A DNA stretch of 64,000 nucleotides from positions 1,504,001 through 1,568,000 of the forward strand of contig CP147780.1 of the NCBI GenBank assembly GCA_037310415.1. Direction: 5' to 3'. Below, piece by piece: positions 46,869 to 57,454 of this stretch (its first letter is position 1; every line of letters starts with the position of its first letter). A program made the translations under genes and the position numbers. Origin of the DNA: Candidatus Atabeyarchaeum deiterrae (GTDB taxonomy: Archaea > Asgardarchaeota > Atabeyarchaeia > Atabeyarchaeales > Atabeyarchaeaceae). The notes under the pieces were generated by a model. That model was given only the letters and a program-made list of their open reading frames with translations. It was not told where the DNA came from and searched no databases.

Positions 46869-47693
46869 TCAATTAGACCTTGGAAATCTTGCGAAAGCAA
46901 TTTTAAACTCTGACGCTATTTCCCGGGAAATCTCCAAACTATTAAACGTCTTACTCGCCCAATCCCTGAGTTCTTGGATTATCTCGCGATGGGCTTCATC
47001 GGGAACACTCCATGTTCCAGAATAAACCTTGTCGGCCAAGCCCCGGATTATAGAACTGATGGTCATGCGTCCGACCCAAGTGTGTTTCTCGGGTTCTTCA
47101 GGAGCATCATATTCTTTGCTTCGCAGATAGTCGAGAACCTCTTCAATGTTCTCAGCGCCCACTCTCGTGTAACTGTAACCGTGCCTGGCTCGTATCTCCT
47201 TGTATTCATTATTGATGTCGGCTGAGATACCCTTTCTTATGGACTCACCCACAGCCAGCAAACCGCAGTCCACGAGGATGCGCTGAGCTTCGCTTATGAG
47301 CGAATGCCAGCCCTGAATCAAATGCATTACCTGAAAACAGAGAGTCACATCAAAACAACTAGATTTGAACGGCGGATTCTGAGCGTCAGCAAGCACAGGT
47401 TGAACCCTGGAACGCCAATCCGGTCGAATCTTCGAGAGCAACACATGTAGCATTTCCCTGCTAATATCAACTCCGATGACTCTGCACCCTCTGATCGCAA
47501 GAGGTATGGAAAAGCGTCCTGTCCCCGCTCCCATGTCGGCGACGAGCATGCCTTCCTTGTCACCCGCTTCGGCGCATATTTCGCGTGAGATCTCAATGCA
47601 TACTTCGTCCGCCATTCTTCGAGTCGCGTCATAGACTGGAGCTATCCGTTCAAAGGATATGTACGTTTTCGGACTAGGATCAGGGTCAACCAT
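46869..47693 (-). CDS. class I SAM-dependent methyltransferase
   Basis: DMGAGTG, GVDIS, ADAQNPPF. Confidence 0.9.
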   Translation of the reverse strand: MVDPDPSPKTYISFERIAPVYDATRRMADEVCIEISREICAEAGDKEGMLVADMGAGTGRFSIPLAIRGCRVIGVDISREMLHVLLSKIRPDWRSRVQPVLADAQNPPFKSSCFDVTLCFQVMHLIQGWHSLISEAQRILVDCGLLAVGESIRKGISADINNEYKEIRARHGYSYTRVGAENIEEVLDYLRSKEYDAPEEPEKHTWVGRMTISSIIRGLADKVYSGTWSVPDEAHREIIQELRDWASKTFNSLEISREIASEFKIAFARFPRSN

Positions 47694-47858
47694 AAGGTCT
47701 CAACCTCTCTTACCGACAAGTTGAGTATCACTATTTCTGAGATATATTGATGATCCTATTCTAGTTGACTAATGCTTCGTCAATCAGCTAGGATTGAACT
47801 CAGAATTGAATGGCGCACCCCTTCAAGGAAATATGAAGAAACGATTCTCCCCCATCTA

Positions 47859-48731
47859 TCATAAGAGCTCTGAGGCTCTCTGCATGAGCTTGTTTATCTC
47901 TTCTTGACTCAAATTGCTCTCAATGATCCTTAGCTTTTTGTCTTCGACCGTAAATGCAGATCTCTTTTCTTGTTCTGCCTCTGAAACTGCAGGTTTAGTG
48001 ACTTGGTAGACTTTGTCTTCTCCTTTGGCGATGATCTCAACGCTCGCCTTGCCTCCAAGTAGCTCCAATAGCGCAAGCACATGCGCTGCCGCTACTTTCT
48101 CATCTTCACGGCTCTTGAATCTCACACGCATAGTCTCGCGCTCAGCAAGTATCTCAGATGCCCTTCCGAACCTGTCCTCAAGCGCTTTTGACACCTCCTC
48201 GAACTGCGCAGGCGGTCTTGTAATCGATTTGCCTAGCTCTCTCTTTGCCTCTGGGATCTTGGCACCAACTCTGGCAAGTACACCTCCTTCGGCGATCTCA
48301 GCCTTCTTCCTGAAGAGTGCCTTGAGGTCGCCAAACAGTTCTTTGGCCTTGGTATCCTTCGCCATATCAGCTTGATTGACTTCAATCAATTCCAGTCTCT
48401 TTGCTCCTACTTTCCCTATGGGGTGGGGAACATTTTCAAGTCTGTAACCTTGAGATGAGACATCAGCGGCTTTCCTACGAGCGACAGCTTTGGTGATCCC
48501 GTCAACGCTTTCGCCAATCCACAAATACAGACGCTCGTCCGGCTCGTCTATAATCAACGCAGCGCTGTGCTCATCAAGGTTACTCAACGACCATTTAGCT
48601 GGAGCAACTTCTTTTTCGGAATTCACTTTCAACATCAAGAAATAGTAGTCATCCTTTGGTCTTTGAGAAAAACTCTTGCTATTATCCCCACTACTCAAAT
48701 GCAGAACCTCCCACACAACAATGATATGCAA
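47859..48731 (-). CDS. gelsolin-like domain protein
   Basis: LDEHSAALIIDE...LYLWIGE......AVARRKA pattern resembling a gelsolin repeat. Confidence 0.55.
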   Translation of the reverse strand: MHIIVVWEVLHLSSGDNSKSFSQRPKDDYYFLMLKVNSEKEVAPAKWSLSNLDEHSAALIIDEPDERLYLWIGESVDGITKAVARRKAADVSSQGYRLENVPHPIGKVGAKRLELIEVNQADMAKDTKAKELFGDLKALFRKKAEIAEGGVLARVGAKIPEAKRELGKSITRPPAQFEEVSKALEDRFGRASEILAERETMRVRFKSREDEKVAAAHVLALLELLGGKASVEIIAKGEDKVYQVTKPAVSEAEQEKRSAFTVEDKKLRIIESNLSQEEINKLMQRASELL

Positions 48732-48880
48732 ATCGGTTCATCGCATCACTGAGTACGCTAGTATCTGTGTTTACTCATCTTAATAACTCCTTTCATCCAG
48801 ATCTTAGGAATCGAGTTCAGCCTCAAAAACATTCAAAGTTCTGGGGTTGCTCGATCATCCATGGGTGAGACCGCTCGGGG

Positions 48881-49032
48881 ATGCAATGGTTCACAAAATG
48901 CCCAAATGTGGAACTGAAATCGAAGTTGGGAAACCGGTTGCGGAATCAGCACTAGGGGTTTGCCAAGACTGTGTGTTACGCTTTGTTAGTATATTCCGCT
49001 GGCGGCGGTTACAAGTTCATGTGGAACTGTAG
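48881..49032 (+). pseudogene. possible eroded Zn-ribbon microprotein
   Basis: MQWFTKCP / KCGTEIEVG...GVCQDC split across frames. Confidence 0.3.
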
Positions 49033-49371
49033 GTCCTCCAGAATCCCCTTTTTTCATTTTTCAATGGTTTCAAATGCGATGCTGGAATTGGGTCTAGGTT
49101 CCTATATAAACCGACAGAGTGATTTATTTTCTAATCGAACGTTGTTTATCACTGATAGAACTAAGACAATACTGACATTCGTGTATGACATCCTGCAGCT
49201 GCTTGGCATTGAATGTGGAGGCAGGTTCACCTGATTAGGTCTGTGCGCACTGCGAGGCTCCCCTTATTCGGAATAAATGGAACGAACTAAGTGAGATACA
49301 AACAATTGGTGGCATAATGCAAGCCTGTGCCAATATAGAGGAGGGTTAAGAAGTCAACGAAGATATACATC

Positions 49372-50232
49372 GTGTACACTGGTGAGTTCGGGGAGCGCGT
49401 CATCGGGAACTTAGTGAATGACAGATCCTTCTGCAAGGTTTGTGGCGCATCGTGCACCGACTGCAGATGGAAACCTAATTGGAGCTACGTCAAAATGATT
49501 GCTGGCTTGGCAACTATCCCAGACAACCTGCCGGTTGTGGTAGATGACCCTGAGAAATACATTCCCGAGAATCCAGTCAAGAGTGACCTGATCATTTCTA
49601 TTGGAATCCATCCAGATGTCGCTTCAGCATTACCACTGCTTGCGAAGCGGACTGAAGCAAAGGCCGTCATAATTCCAATCGAAGATCCGAAATGGATGAG
49701 CCGAGGACTTCAAGGCGAAATTGAAAACCAGTTATCAGCGATGGGAGTTGAGAGTGCTTTCCCAAAACCTTTTTGCTCCTTGGAGAAACTTGGGACTCCA
49801 GTGATAGATTCATTCGTCTCAGAACTCAGGATTGGGAGACCTTTAATGCGAGTCGCACTGAAGGGAGCGCGAATAATGGAAGCAGAGGTGCTAAGATCTG
49901 CTCCCTGTGGAAGCACATGGTACATTGCGGAGCAAATCAAGAACCATCCCCTGAAGGGGTTGGAGGAAAGGATAGCACTGTCTCATCATTCTTATCCATG
50001 CACGGCGAGCATGGAGAACGATCCCGTGCTAAAGGAGAAAATACTCCACAAAGCAGGATACATGGCTCGGGAAGCGGTTAAGAAAGCGATTGATGAGTTC
50101 GTCGTGTCACATCCGGAATATGAATCTGAGCTGATCCAAACAATACTCCAGGCAAAGAAAGAGACCCAGATAGCGAGCCCTGCGATTACTTCACCGCAAA
50201 TCGAGAAAGAGGTGGAGGAGGGAATGCTCTGA
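49372..50232 (+). CDS. DUF166 family protein
   Basis: GEFGERVI, PKPFCSL, RSAPCGSTW, HHSYPCTAS; true start may be upstream (49357). Confidence 0.85.
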   Translation: MYTGEFGERVIGNLVNDRSFCKVCGASCTDCRWKPNWSYVKMIAGLATIPDNLPVVVDDPEKYIPENPVKSDLIISIGIHPDVASALPLLAKRTEAKAVIIPIEDPKWMSRGLQGEIENQLSAMGVESAFPKPFCSLEKLGTPVIDSFVSELRIGRPLMRVALKGARIMEAEVLRSAPCGSTWYIAEQIKNHPLKGLEERIALSHHSYPCTASMENDPVLKEKILHKAGYMAREAVKKAIDEFVVSHPEYESELIQTILQAKKETQIASPAITSPQIEKEVEEGML

Positions 50233-50234
50233 AC

Positions 50235-50486
50235 ATGCCACCCAAAGTGATTCCTGAGAAATGTAGGGGTTGCAATGACTGCGTAATCGTGTGCCCGAAC
50301 AGGATAATCAAGATCACAAATGGAAAGGCAAGAATAGTTGAGCCTGAAGCATGCATCGAATGCGCTGACTGCATAGACAACTGCGGATGCGGTGGCATCG
50401 AAGGCTCGAGGGACAGACATGAAGGCTACTTGAAAATCATTCAACTGAACTCAAGGCGCATGTCGCTGGTGGCCAAGGAATCGTAG
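50235..50486 (+). CDS. 2[4Fe-4S] ferredoxin
   Basis: CRGCNDCVIVCP and CIECADCIDNC. Confidence 0.88.
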   Translation: MPPKVIPEKCRGCNDCVIVCPNRIIKITNGKARIVEPEACIECADCIDNCGCGGIEGSRDRHEGYLKIIQLNSRRMSLVAKES

Positions 50487-50540
50487 TTCTTCTCTTTCTA
50501 TCTAAACTCTGCAATGTCGTTGCTTTTCGCGAGGTCCGCT

Positions 50541-50906
50541 CTAAAACTTGATCTTCACTAAGCCATAAGTGAGAATTGTAATCTGGAGGATGTCGAACAA
50601 TAATGTGAAGTATGCGCCGGAAATGGCAAGCAAGATCCCGCCGACACTGAGTATGAGTCCTGCTATACTTACTAATAGTCCAAATTTGAAACTCCATTTT
50701 CGCAGTTTGAGCAGCCCGTAAATAACGGCTATCCAAATCGGAAAGAATGGGATGATCGCTGCTTCTATGAGAAGGTTCGGAGGAACCATCAGAATGCTCT
50801 CGTACAGTATTAGAGCGTGGATGAAGAAGTTCACCATGATTGCAGAGATTGCACCTGGTACTGTACTCATACCTTTTGAGCTCATAACCATTTCACACCT
50901 AGTCAA
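50541..50906 (-). CDS. small membrane protein
   Basis: Four hydrophobic segments, YGLLKLRKWS. Confidence 0.65.
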   Translation of the reverse strand: MTRCEMVMSSKGMSTVPGAISAIMVNFFIHALILYESILMVPPNLLIEAAIIPFFPIWIAVIYGLLKLRKWSFKFGLLVSIAGLILSVGGILLAISGAYFTLLFDILQITILTYGLVKIKF

Positions 50907-51123
50907 GAGTGTCCTGCTTTCCTTTCATATATAGTTATTCACTACTCCTGTTATGAGTGGTCGCAATGCAAAGGGCTATTAGGAGTCGGTCGGTTGCGAA
51001 TCTCCCATTGTGACCAACAAGGAAAAAAGCGTTTATTAGCAAGTACTACCAATAGAGTCCATCTGCATAAGACATCATACTCGAGATTGAGAAGTAGAAT
51101 CAGTTGGAAAACACGCTTACCAG

Positions 51124-51555
51124 GTGAATAGATTGAGCAAAGAAGCAGCCTTGCTAGACTTTAGACAAATCCAAGACATATTGGCGTCCCTTCCCAACGA
51201 TTGTCCTGGGATCTCAGGTAGTGCAGCTCTGACAAGGGATGGTTTACCAATAGCATCAGCCGTGCTTCCAGATGGCGTTGATGAGACTATTATTGCCGCA
51301 ATTTCTGCCTCAATACTTACGAGTGGGAGACTGGCGGCAAACGAACTCAAGCACGAAGGCGGAGCGAAACGGGTGCTAGTAGAGACAGGAAATGGTATCA
51401 TAGTTGTTGAAGGAATTCCAGATGCTCAGGCAGTGCTGACTGTGACCGCGCATAAAGACACAAAACTCGGCTTGATTTTCTTGGCAATGGATAAAGCCAT
51501 TAGGAAACTCAGAGCAGAGCTAACGAAGTTTATGGGTGAAATGGCGAAAATCTAG
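51124..51555 (+). CDS. Roadblock/LC7 (MglB-like) domain protein
   Basis: GSAALTRDGLPIAS, IAAISAS, KLGLIF. Confidence 0.9.
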   Translation: MNRLSKEAALLDFRQIQDILASLPNDCPGISGSAALTRDGLPIASAVLPDGVDETIIAAISASILTSGRLAANELKHEGGAKRVLVETGNGIIVVEGIPDAQAVLTVTAHKDTKLGLIFLAMDKAIRKLRAELTKFMGEMAKI

Positions 51556-51618
51556 CCGAAGATCAAGATTGGTTCTTGCTTATCGGACTGTTTGCTCTTT
51601 CGCGCTCGATAAGGTTGG

Positions 51619-52755
51619 TCATAAGTGGACCTTGCTGCGTGATGCGGCAGAAAGGGTTCTTGCATCTGTTTTGGTATTTAGCAATTGCTCAAAGCCACCT
51701 ACGACATCCTCTTTCATGTATTCGAGGTTTCCAAGTCTGATGTTGCGTATTCCCTCTATGGCATCCTTCAGATTCATTTCTCGAATTCCCTCCGTCACCT
51801 TGTAGTATTGAATAGCTTCAAGTTTTTCAGCAACCTTTTTCTCTTTGGCGCTTATGAGCTGTTTGAACATCGCGTCAACTTCATCGTTTTCCTCAAGCAA
51901 TCTGTAGAGTATCGTACTCATCATGAGGTTGTATGAGAACCTCTTGAAGTCGCTGGGGGACGGGCTCCCAACTAGGAGCAGAGGGTCAAGATTCATGAGT
52001 GCAACCCTGAAACCTATGGCCGCATCAGACAGTATCTTGATCGCCTCCTGAACCATGTTGCATCTTAATAGAGAGATCGCTTGAGCCACTCGAGTCTCTG
52101 ATGAACGGTGAAGCAGGATTGACTTGGTCTCAATCGCGATTTCGCCTAAGCCGGACTTGGGGAGAAGGTCACTCAGCTGCTCGAGTGAGGCAACGTATGC
52201 CGACGCGATCTTCCCAAAGATCTCCGAAGCTTGTGTGAACTCTTTGTCCTCAAACTTTTCCTTTGCCTCTTTCTCAAGTTCTGTTATGTCCTCTCCGGTG
52301 CTCAGAACTGATCCCTCAGTCATCAGCCGCTCGGCGTCACTCCACAGTTTTAGTCGAGCCATACAGTCAGCTGCGCCGACATAGCAAATGGCTGCAACAG
52401 TCCTGAAGCGCTTCTCACCGATTCTTCCGTATACTTCGGCAGCCTTCAAATAGCAGCTTACAGCGTCGCCCCAAAGCTGAGCCTTCTTGAGAGAGTTTGC
52501 TGTGAAAAGGTAGAGTTTGCCTGCCTCAGGCAGTGCATTCTTCAATTCGAAAGTTTCCGCAGCATCCATTGTGGAGCATTCTAACCCGGTTACTTCTCCG
52601 TACTCAGAACACGATGCAGCATAATCTAAGAAAGCATCAGCGGCTTCCCCGAAATCCCCCTGATCTAGAAGCTTCAGTGCCTTGCCTCTGATGCGCTTAG
52701 ATTCTTCTATTCTTCTGGTCCATGTCTTGAAATGATCATCCGGTTCAAGCGACAT
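51619..52755 (-). CDS. TPR/alpha-solenoid protein, SNAP-like
   Basis: Repeated EAADAF..AA, EAGKLY..A, DAVSCYLKAAEVY, AAICY..AA helices. Confidence 0.6.
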   Translation of the reverse strand: MSLEPDDHFKTWTRRIEESKRIRGKALKLLDQGDFGEAADAFLDYAASCSEYGEVTGLECSTMDAAETFELKNALPEAGKLYLFTANSLKKAQLWGDAVSCYLKAAEVYGRIGEKRFRTVAAICYVGAADCMARLKLWSDAERLMTEGSVLSTGEDITELEKEAKEKFEDKEFTQASEIFGKIASAYVASLEQLSDLLPKSGLGEIAIETKSILLHRSSETRVAQAISLLRCNMVQEAIKILSDAAIGFRVALMNLDPLLLVGSPSPSDFKRFSYNLMMSTILYRLLEENDEVDAMFKQLISAKEKKVAEKLEAIQYYKVTEGIREMNLKDAIEGIRNIRLGNLEYMKEDVVGGFEQLLNTKTDARTLSAASRSKVHL

Positions 52756-52978
52756 AGCGCAATCAGCCTACCCTGCAATGAATATCGAGCATGCACAAGT
52801 TGTCTTTAAGACTAAGATTCACTCGTTAATAAACACAAGGGGAGACTTAGAGTATCAGCTAGATAGATAGACGGTCTGTCTTCCCCTGACATCACAATCT
52901 CAGACTTACTTCTTCTGTACGCCCACACCGGACGAGACATGAGAATATCCAGTAGGGGATCTCTCGACTGGCGATCAT

Positions 52979-53248
52979 ATGAACGACAGTAATATACTGG
53001 GAAGGAATATTAACCCCCGTCATGTTTATATACTTGGAGTTGCACTATACGATGAAAACGGCTTGCTTTGGCAAGTGCAAAGGGAGATGACTCCAAAAAT
53101 GGTACGGTGTGAGACTTGCGGGCGCGTATTGACAATCAAGGATGGGACTCGACACACCAGCGAGGGCGAGACAATCCTCAGTTTCTGCAGCGATAAGTGC
53201 AAAGACATGTGGAAGACAGCAATCAGAAGTGTCTCAGTAGCGCACTAG
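52979..53248 (+). CDS. small TRASH/YHS-like metal-binding protein
   Basis: CETCG...FCSDKC; true start probably at a downstream Met. Confidence 0.6.
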   Translation: MNDSNILGRNINPRHVYILGVALYDENGLLWQVQREMTPKMVRCETCGRVLTIKDGTRHTSEGETILSFCSDKCKDMWKTAIRSVSVAH

Positions 53249-53449
53249 GATGTCTTTAGTCGGCCTAAGTACGTCCATCAATTACTTCTCATTACAGGCT
53301 CCGTTTTGCCAGTTGATTATCCTTGCGGGCAACTTGCCCTGTGGGAAAACCATTACGTGCTCTAGAAATAGGTCCTGCACTCAATTGAGTGTAACCCCTG
53401 GAGAAGCGGAAAAAAGTGGAGGAACTTGGAAGTAGGAAAACCCACTCAA

Positions 53450-53653
53450 CTATCGTTCCACTTCAAATGCTATTCTAACCTCAGCCCGGTACGCGGTGAC
53501 CTGATTATTGTCGACTTTCACGTCGAGCTTCGTTACTTCAGCTCTCTTTATACCCCTGACTGTCTTGGCTGTCTCTTCGACTGCATTCTTGACCGCATCG
53601 GCGAATGATTCGTCGGATATACCAACTACATCTATCAACTTCCAGATGGGCAT
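53450..53653 (-). CDS. dodecin
   Basis: VVGISDESFADAVKNAV..AKTVRG...YRAEVRIAF. Confidence 0.92.
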   Translation of the reverse strand: MPIWKLIDVVGISDESFADAVKNAVEETAKTVRGIKRAEVTKLDVKVDNNQVTAYRAEVRIAFEVER

Positions 53654-53754
53654 ACCTTTCTCCTCCTGTTTACGGCTATGATACTAAGATGTAGTTAAGC
53701 GTTCCTATATGTAAGGCGTAAATGAAGCTTCTTGCGCGAACGGAGTGGCGGTTT

Positions 53755-54018
53755 CTAATCCATGCTTATTACGCTGACCGGGCACGCGTCTTTGGCGCTC
53801 TCGACACAGGAAACCAAGTGCTCTTCAACTTCGCCTTTGCCTGGGTCTCCCTTTCTGTACTTGGGCAGTATGCTGGACTTTGTGTCTTCGTCCAACTTGA
53901 ATACTTCTGGGCATTGTTCTTCGCAACTGCCGCAAGATATGCAGTTGTCCCTGTCTATAGTTATCTTCAAGAAGCAGACCTTCTCAGTATCATTCTGCAC
54001 AGAAAGTCTTGGCATCAC
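53755..54018 (-). CDS. single-cluster ferredoxin
   Basis: CISCGSCEEQCPEVF...ACPVSVI. Confidence 0.9.
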   Translation of the reverse strand: MMPRLSVQNDTEKVCFLKITIDRDNCISCGSCEEQCPEVFKLDEDTKSSILPKYRKGDPGKGEVEEHLVSCVESAKDACPVSVISMD

Positions 54019-54154
54019 GACTGCGATATAACGGTATCGTTGAACTGACTGACCCTCGCCTCTCTTTCGAAAACTATTTTAGCTACCCTTACGCATAACG
54101 GGAAGCTATAGTCAATATGTACACTCGGTGAGGGTGACATAAGCGTCAAAACAA

Positions 54155-55423
54155 GTGAAAGTCTACGGCTATAGATGGGCTGTTCTTCTTGCCTTTGGTC
54201 TAGTGTTCATGATGAGCCAGTTGACATGGCTTGCGTTCTCCCTAATTCGAGACGAGATCACTCCTGTCTTCGGTGCTTCAATATCAAGTTCCTCAGACAT
54301 TATTCTCTTGACAGCTTCACAACCACTAGTATTCATTATCCTATCAATTCCAATTGGAATGCTGGCTGATCGCAAAGGATTACTTCGGGTAGCGGGCATT
54401 GGGTCAATCATAGTGACGATCTTTGCGATACTTAGAGTGTTCTTGATCGATGACTTCATGTCGATTTTTCTTTGTCAAGTAGGTCTGTCAGTAGGAGCAG
54501 TCTTGGTCCAAAACTGTATCACCTACCTTAGCGCGCATTGGTTCCCGAGAACAGAAAGAACACTCGCTACAGGTGTTAGCACAGTATTCCAGCTTCTAGG
54601 GATGCTAATAGGATCAATTATGAGCTTGCTTTTGTGGAGCGTTCCCTTGTATGGACAAGCGGGCTATACTGCAGTCTTGGCACGGGGAACCATAGTGTCG
54701 GTACTTACCATTCAGGCGGTACTCTCTGTAGTCTTCACATTAGTTTTCTTCTTCGTGGCCAGAGACAGACCAAAATCCCCGCCGGACATCGAAGAAGCTG
54801 TGACAAAGAAACGCAGCATAAAGCAGATGCTGAAAGACAAGAACGTATGGATCATTTCGTACGGTTTCTTTGCTGGCTTTGCAATCATAATTGGTCTCAC
54901 AGGAATTCTTGAAACGTTGCTTCCAAGCCTCGGGATACCAAAAACACCCGGACTCACAAACCCAGTCGTGCTTACACAAATACTAATATTGTCCTTTGGA
55001 ATCATTGGTGCATTTATCATTTCAGCTATCTCCGACAAGGTCCAAAGGAGAAAACCATTCCTGCTTCTCGCCTTGGTGATGGGCGCCGTCACAACGTTGG
55101 TCTTGGGAACAAGCACGATCGCTATACTGACTTTTGTCATATCGGCGTTGCTAGGGTTCTTCCTAATCAGTGTCATGCCGGTGGCTCTGTCAACAATGGA
55201 AGAGTTGAAGTCGGTTGGTCCAGAGTTGTCTGGTGCAAGCGCTGGTATGGCATTTGAACTCGGAAACTTAGGGGGATTCTTGGGACTCATAATCTTGGAA
55301 GCCTTGGTGGTAGCTGGTTCTTACTTCTATTCGATTCTGTTCCTATTCGCTGTAACGCTGATAGCTGGTGTGCTAGTTCTGGTAATCCCGGAAACAGGAA
55401 GACGAGAGAAACGAAAGAAATAA
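54155..55423 (+). CDS. MFS transporter
   Basis: 12 TM helices, GMLADRKG, WFPRTER, SDKVQRRKP. Confidence 0.92.
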   Translation: MKVYGYRWAVLLAFGLVFMMSQLTWLAFSLIRDEITPVFGASISSSSDIILLTASQPLVFIILSIPIGMLADRKGLLRVAGIGSIIVTIFAILRVFLIDDFMSIFLCQVGLSVGAVLVQNCITYLSAHWFPRTERTLATGVSTVFQLLGMLIGSIMSLLLWSVPLYGQAGYTAVLARGTIVSVLTIQAVLSVVFTLVFFFVARDRPKSPPDIEEAVTKKRSIKQMLKDKNVWIISYGFFAGFAIIIGLTGILETLLPSLGIPKTPGLTNPVVLTQILILSFGIIGAFIISAISDKVQRRKPFLLLALVMGAVTTLVLGTSTIAILTFVISALLGFFLISVMPVALSTMEELKSVGPELSGASAGMAFELGNLGGFLGLIILEALVVAGSYFYSILFLFAVTLIAGVLVLVIPETGRREKRKK

Positions 55424-55743
55424 GCAGCCATCTTCCCTCCTTTTTTTGTACAGGTCTGACATGCATCATTCTGATCGAGGATGACTCTCTACAAAGTCGC
55501 AGTCTGGTTTGGTGCTACTTATTACGGTTGAATGGAGCATTGAACTAGGGCCAAGCTACTGGAAGAATCGTCTTTGCTGCGCTGTATGTAAAGTCCAAGA
55601 ACAATGATGGGAAGATGCTGAGCGTCCGGCCTTGTGGGCGAGGATGACTAGTAAGATCCGTAACGAAATGCCTTCTTGCCTGACTGAGACTATTCAACTG
55701 AGCTACAGACTCATATCCGAAGTTGTCATACACGGAAGTCTGG

Positions 55744-57342
55744 TTAGAATACTTCCTCATCTTGATAATAGCTTCTGTTGATCCATGAAGCGATTTTCGC
55801 TTTCTCAATCTCGACACCGAGATAGAAAGCGTGCTCGAGCGTAGATATTACTCCCAGTCTGGTCAACGTGTCTCGTATCTCCAGTGGTCCGCTTCCTCTC
55901 ACAACAAAGTCCAATTCCTCTGCTTCTGGATTGAAATGGGAAACGACTATCTCTTTACTATCTTGATCGACATTTATCTTGAAGAAACCCCCGGGGTCAG
56001 TATTAGGTTCTTGACCGCGTCTGGCTTCGATTACCTGTATACCTTCTTTCTCTTCAGAGGATCCATCATGGGGAACATCCCGTCTTCTCTTTTCTTTCAG
56101 TCTCAGCAAGTCTATCCCTAAATCTTTTGGCGAAGAAATCCTTCTATTTGCTAGATACATCATCTTGCAGGCGGTGGCAAGCTCAGATACAGCTCCTTTG
56201 GTCTTCGGGCTTCCTTCAGTCGTCAATAGCAAGTTGGCGTTTAGCTCCTGTGCGATTCCAGCTAGTGTGGCGTTGACGCCGATGCTGTCCGCATCAATCA
56301 GTTCGGTGATATTTCCCAAACCAAACATTAAGGGTACGTCTGGGTGCCTCTTGGAGAACTCATGTGTAACTATGATTGAAGGGACTGTTCCTGGGAAGAT
56401 GAGTGGATCCAATATCGGATCAGCAATGATCTTGCTGAAACCAATCTGCGAGACACTCTCAACGTTTTCCTCAAGGCTCTCTACCCTTTTTCTCACGGAT
56501 TCTTCCAGAGAGATAGTCTTTCCGCTTTCAGGTGGGTCGGGAATTACGACGACAGCGACATCAGACAGATGTCCGGGATACCTGATTCTGTCTATGTTTT
56601 GGGAATTGAGGCTGAGAATCATATCTGCACCGAATTTTAGACCAGCCTCAAGATCCTCGGGGCATAGTGCATCAACACTTATGGGAACTCCTGGTCTTCG
56701 CTTGAGCAAGGTAACCATTCGTTTGACATCATCTGGTCGGGGCTTTCCCGCCAGCATTCCAATGTCGATTATCTTGGCGCCGCACTTAACATAATATCTT
56801 GCTTTTTTCACTAGCTCATCGTCAGAGAGTAGTGGACCGTCAAGAATCTCGGCCACGACGCGCATTGGGAAGTCTCTGCCCACAAGTAGCCGATTGCCAT
56901 CTCCCCCACCTATTATCATGTTCCATTGTTTCTCAAACACAGATTCATCAGGGTGCTCGGCTTGTTCAAGCAACCCCATGCTTCTTCGCTGTATATGTTC
57001 AGAGAGAATAGCGTCAGCGGCATCGACTTTCGATAATTCCACTTGTCCCAGCGCCTCAAATAGCACGGGAATGTCTGAAGCGTACTTAGTACCTTTGAAG
57101 ACGGGTAGTTTAATAACGTCTTCTATGATTGAGGTGCTTTCGCGAACCATTCCAGGTACAATCACGCAGTCATAACGACCCAGATCCTCGCCTCTAAGTT
57201 TCTCGGCGATGAACTGTGGAGTTAACAATGCTGCGACAGGTGAAGACAGCACTTTGATTGAGAATTGAACATGGCTTTGCTGTGAAGCAGAGTCGTAGAC
57301 CACATGCTCAGCTAACTGTCCAGTGACCAACAACACCCTCAT
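55744..57342 (-). CDS. dihydropteroate synthase-like protein with C-terminal DUF4346-like domain
   Basis: LLVTGQLA, IIDIG, ISVD, ADPILDP, GNITELIDADSIG, HAFYLGVE. Confidence 0.9.
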   Translation of the reverse strand: MRVLLVTGQLAEHVVYDSASQQSHVQFSIKVLSSPVAALLTPQFIAEKLRGEDLGRYDCVIVPGMVRESTSIIEDVIKLPVFKGTKYASDIPVLFEALGQVELSKVDAADAILSEHIQRRSMGLLEQAEHPDESVFEKQWNMIIGGGDGNRLLVGRDFPMRVVAEILDGPLLSDDELVKKARYYVKCGAKIIDIGMLAGKPRPDDVKRMVTLLKRRPGVPISVDALCPEDLEAGLKFGADMILSLNSQNIDRIRYPGHLSDVAVVVIPDPPESGKTISLEESVRKRVESLEENVESVSQIGFSKIIADPILDPLIFPGTVPSIIVTHEFSKRHPDVPLMFGLGNITELIDADSIGVNATLAGIAQELNANLLLTTEGSPKTKGAVSELATACKMMYLANRRISSPKDLGIDLLRLKEKRRRDVPHDGSSEEKEGIQVIEARRGQEPNTDPGGFFKINVDQDSKEIVVSHFNPEAEELDFVVRGSGPLEIRDTLTRLGVISTLEHAFYLGVEIEKAKIASWINRSYYQDEEVF

Positions 57343-57454
57343 GATGCAATCACCCTCTTTACAGCTATGATGATGAGCGAGGCAAACAAGAAGAGCGATG
57401 CCGCCTCATATGAGGTAGAAGCAGAAAGACGAGCTTATGAAATTGTTTGCAACT

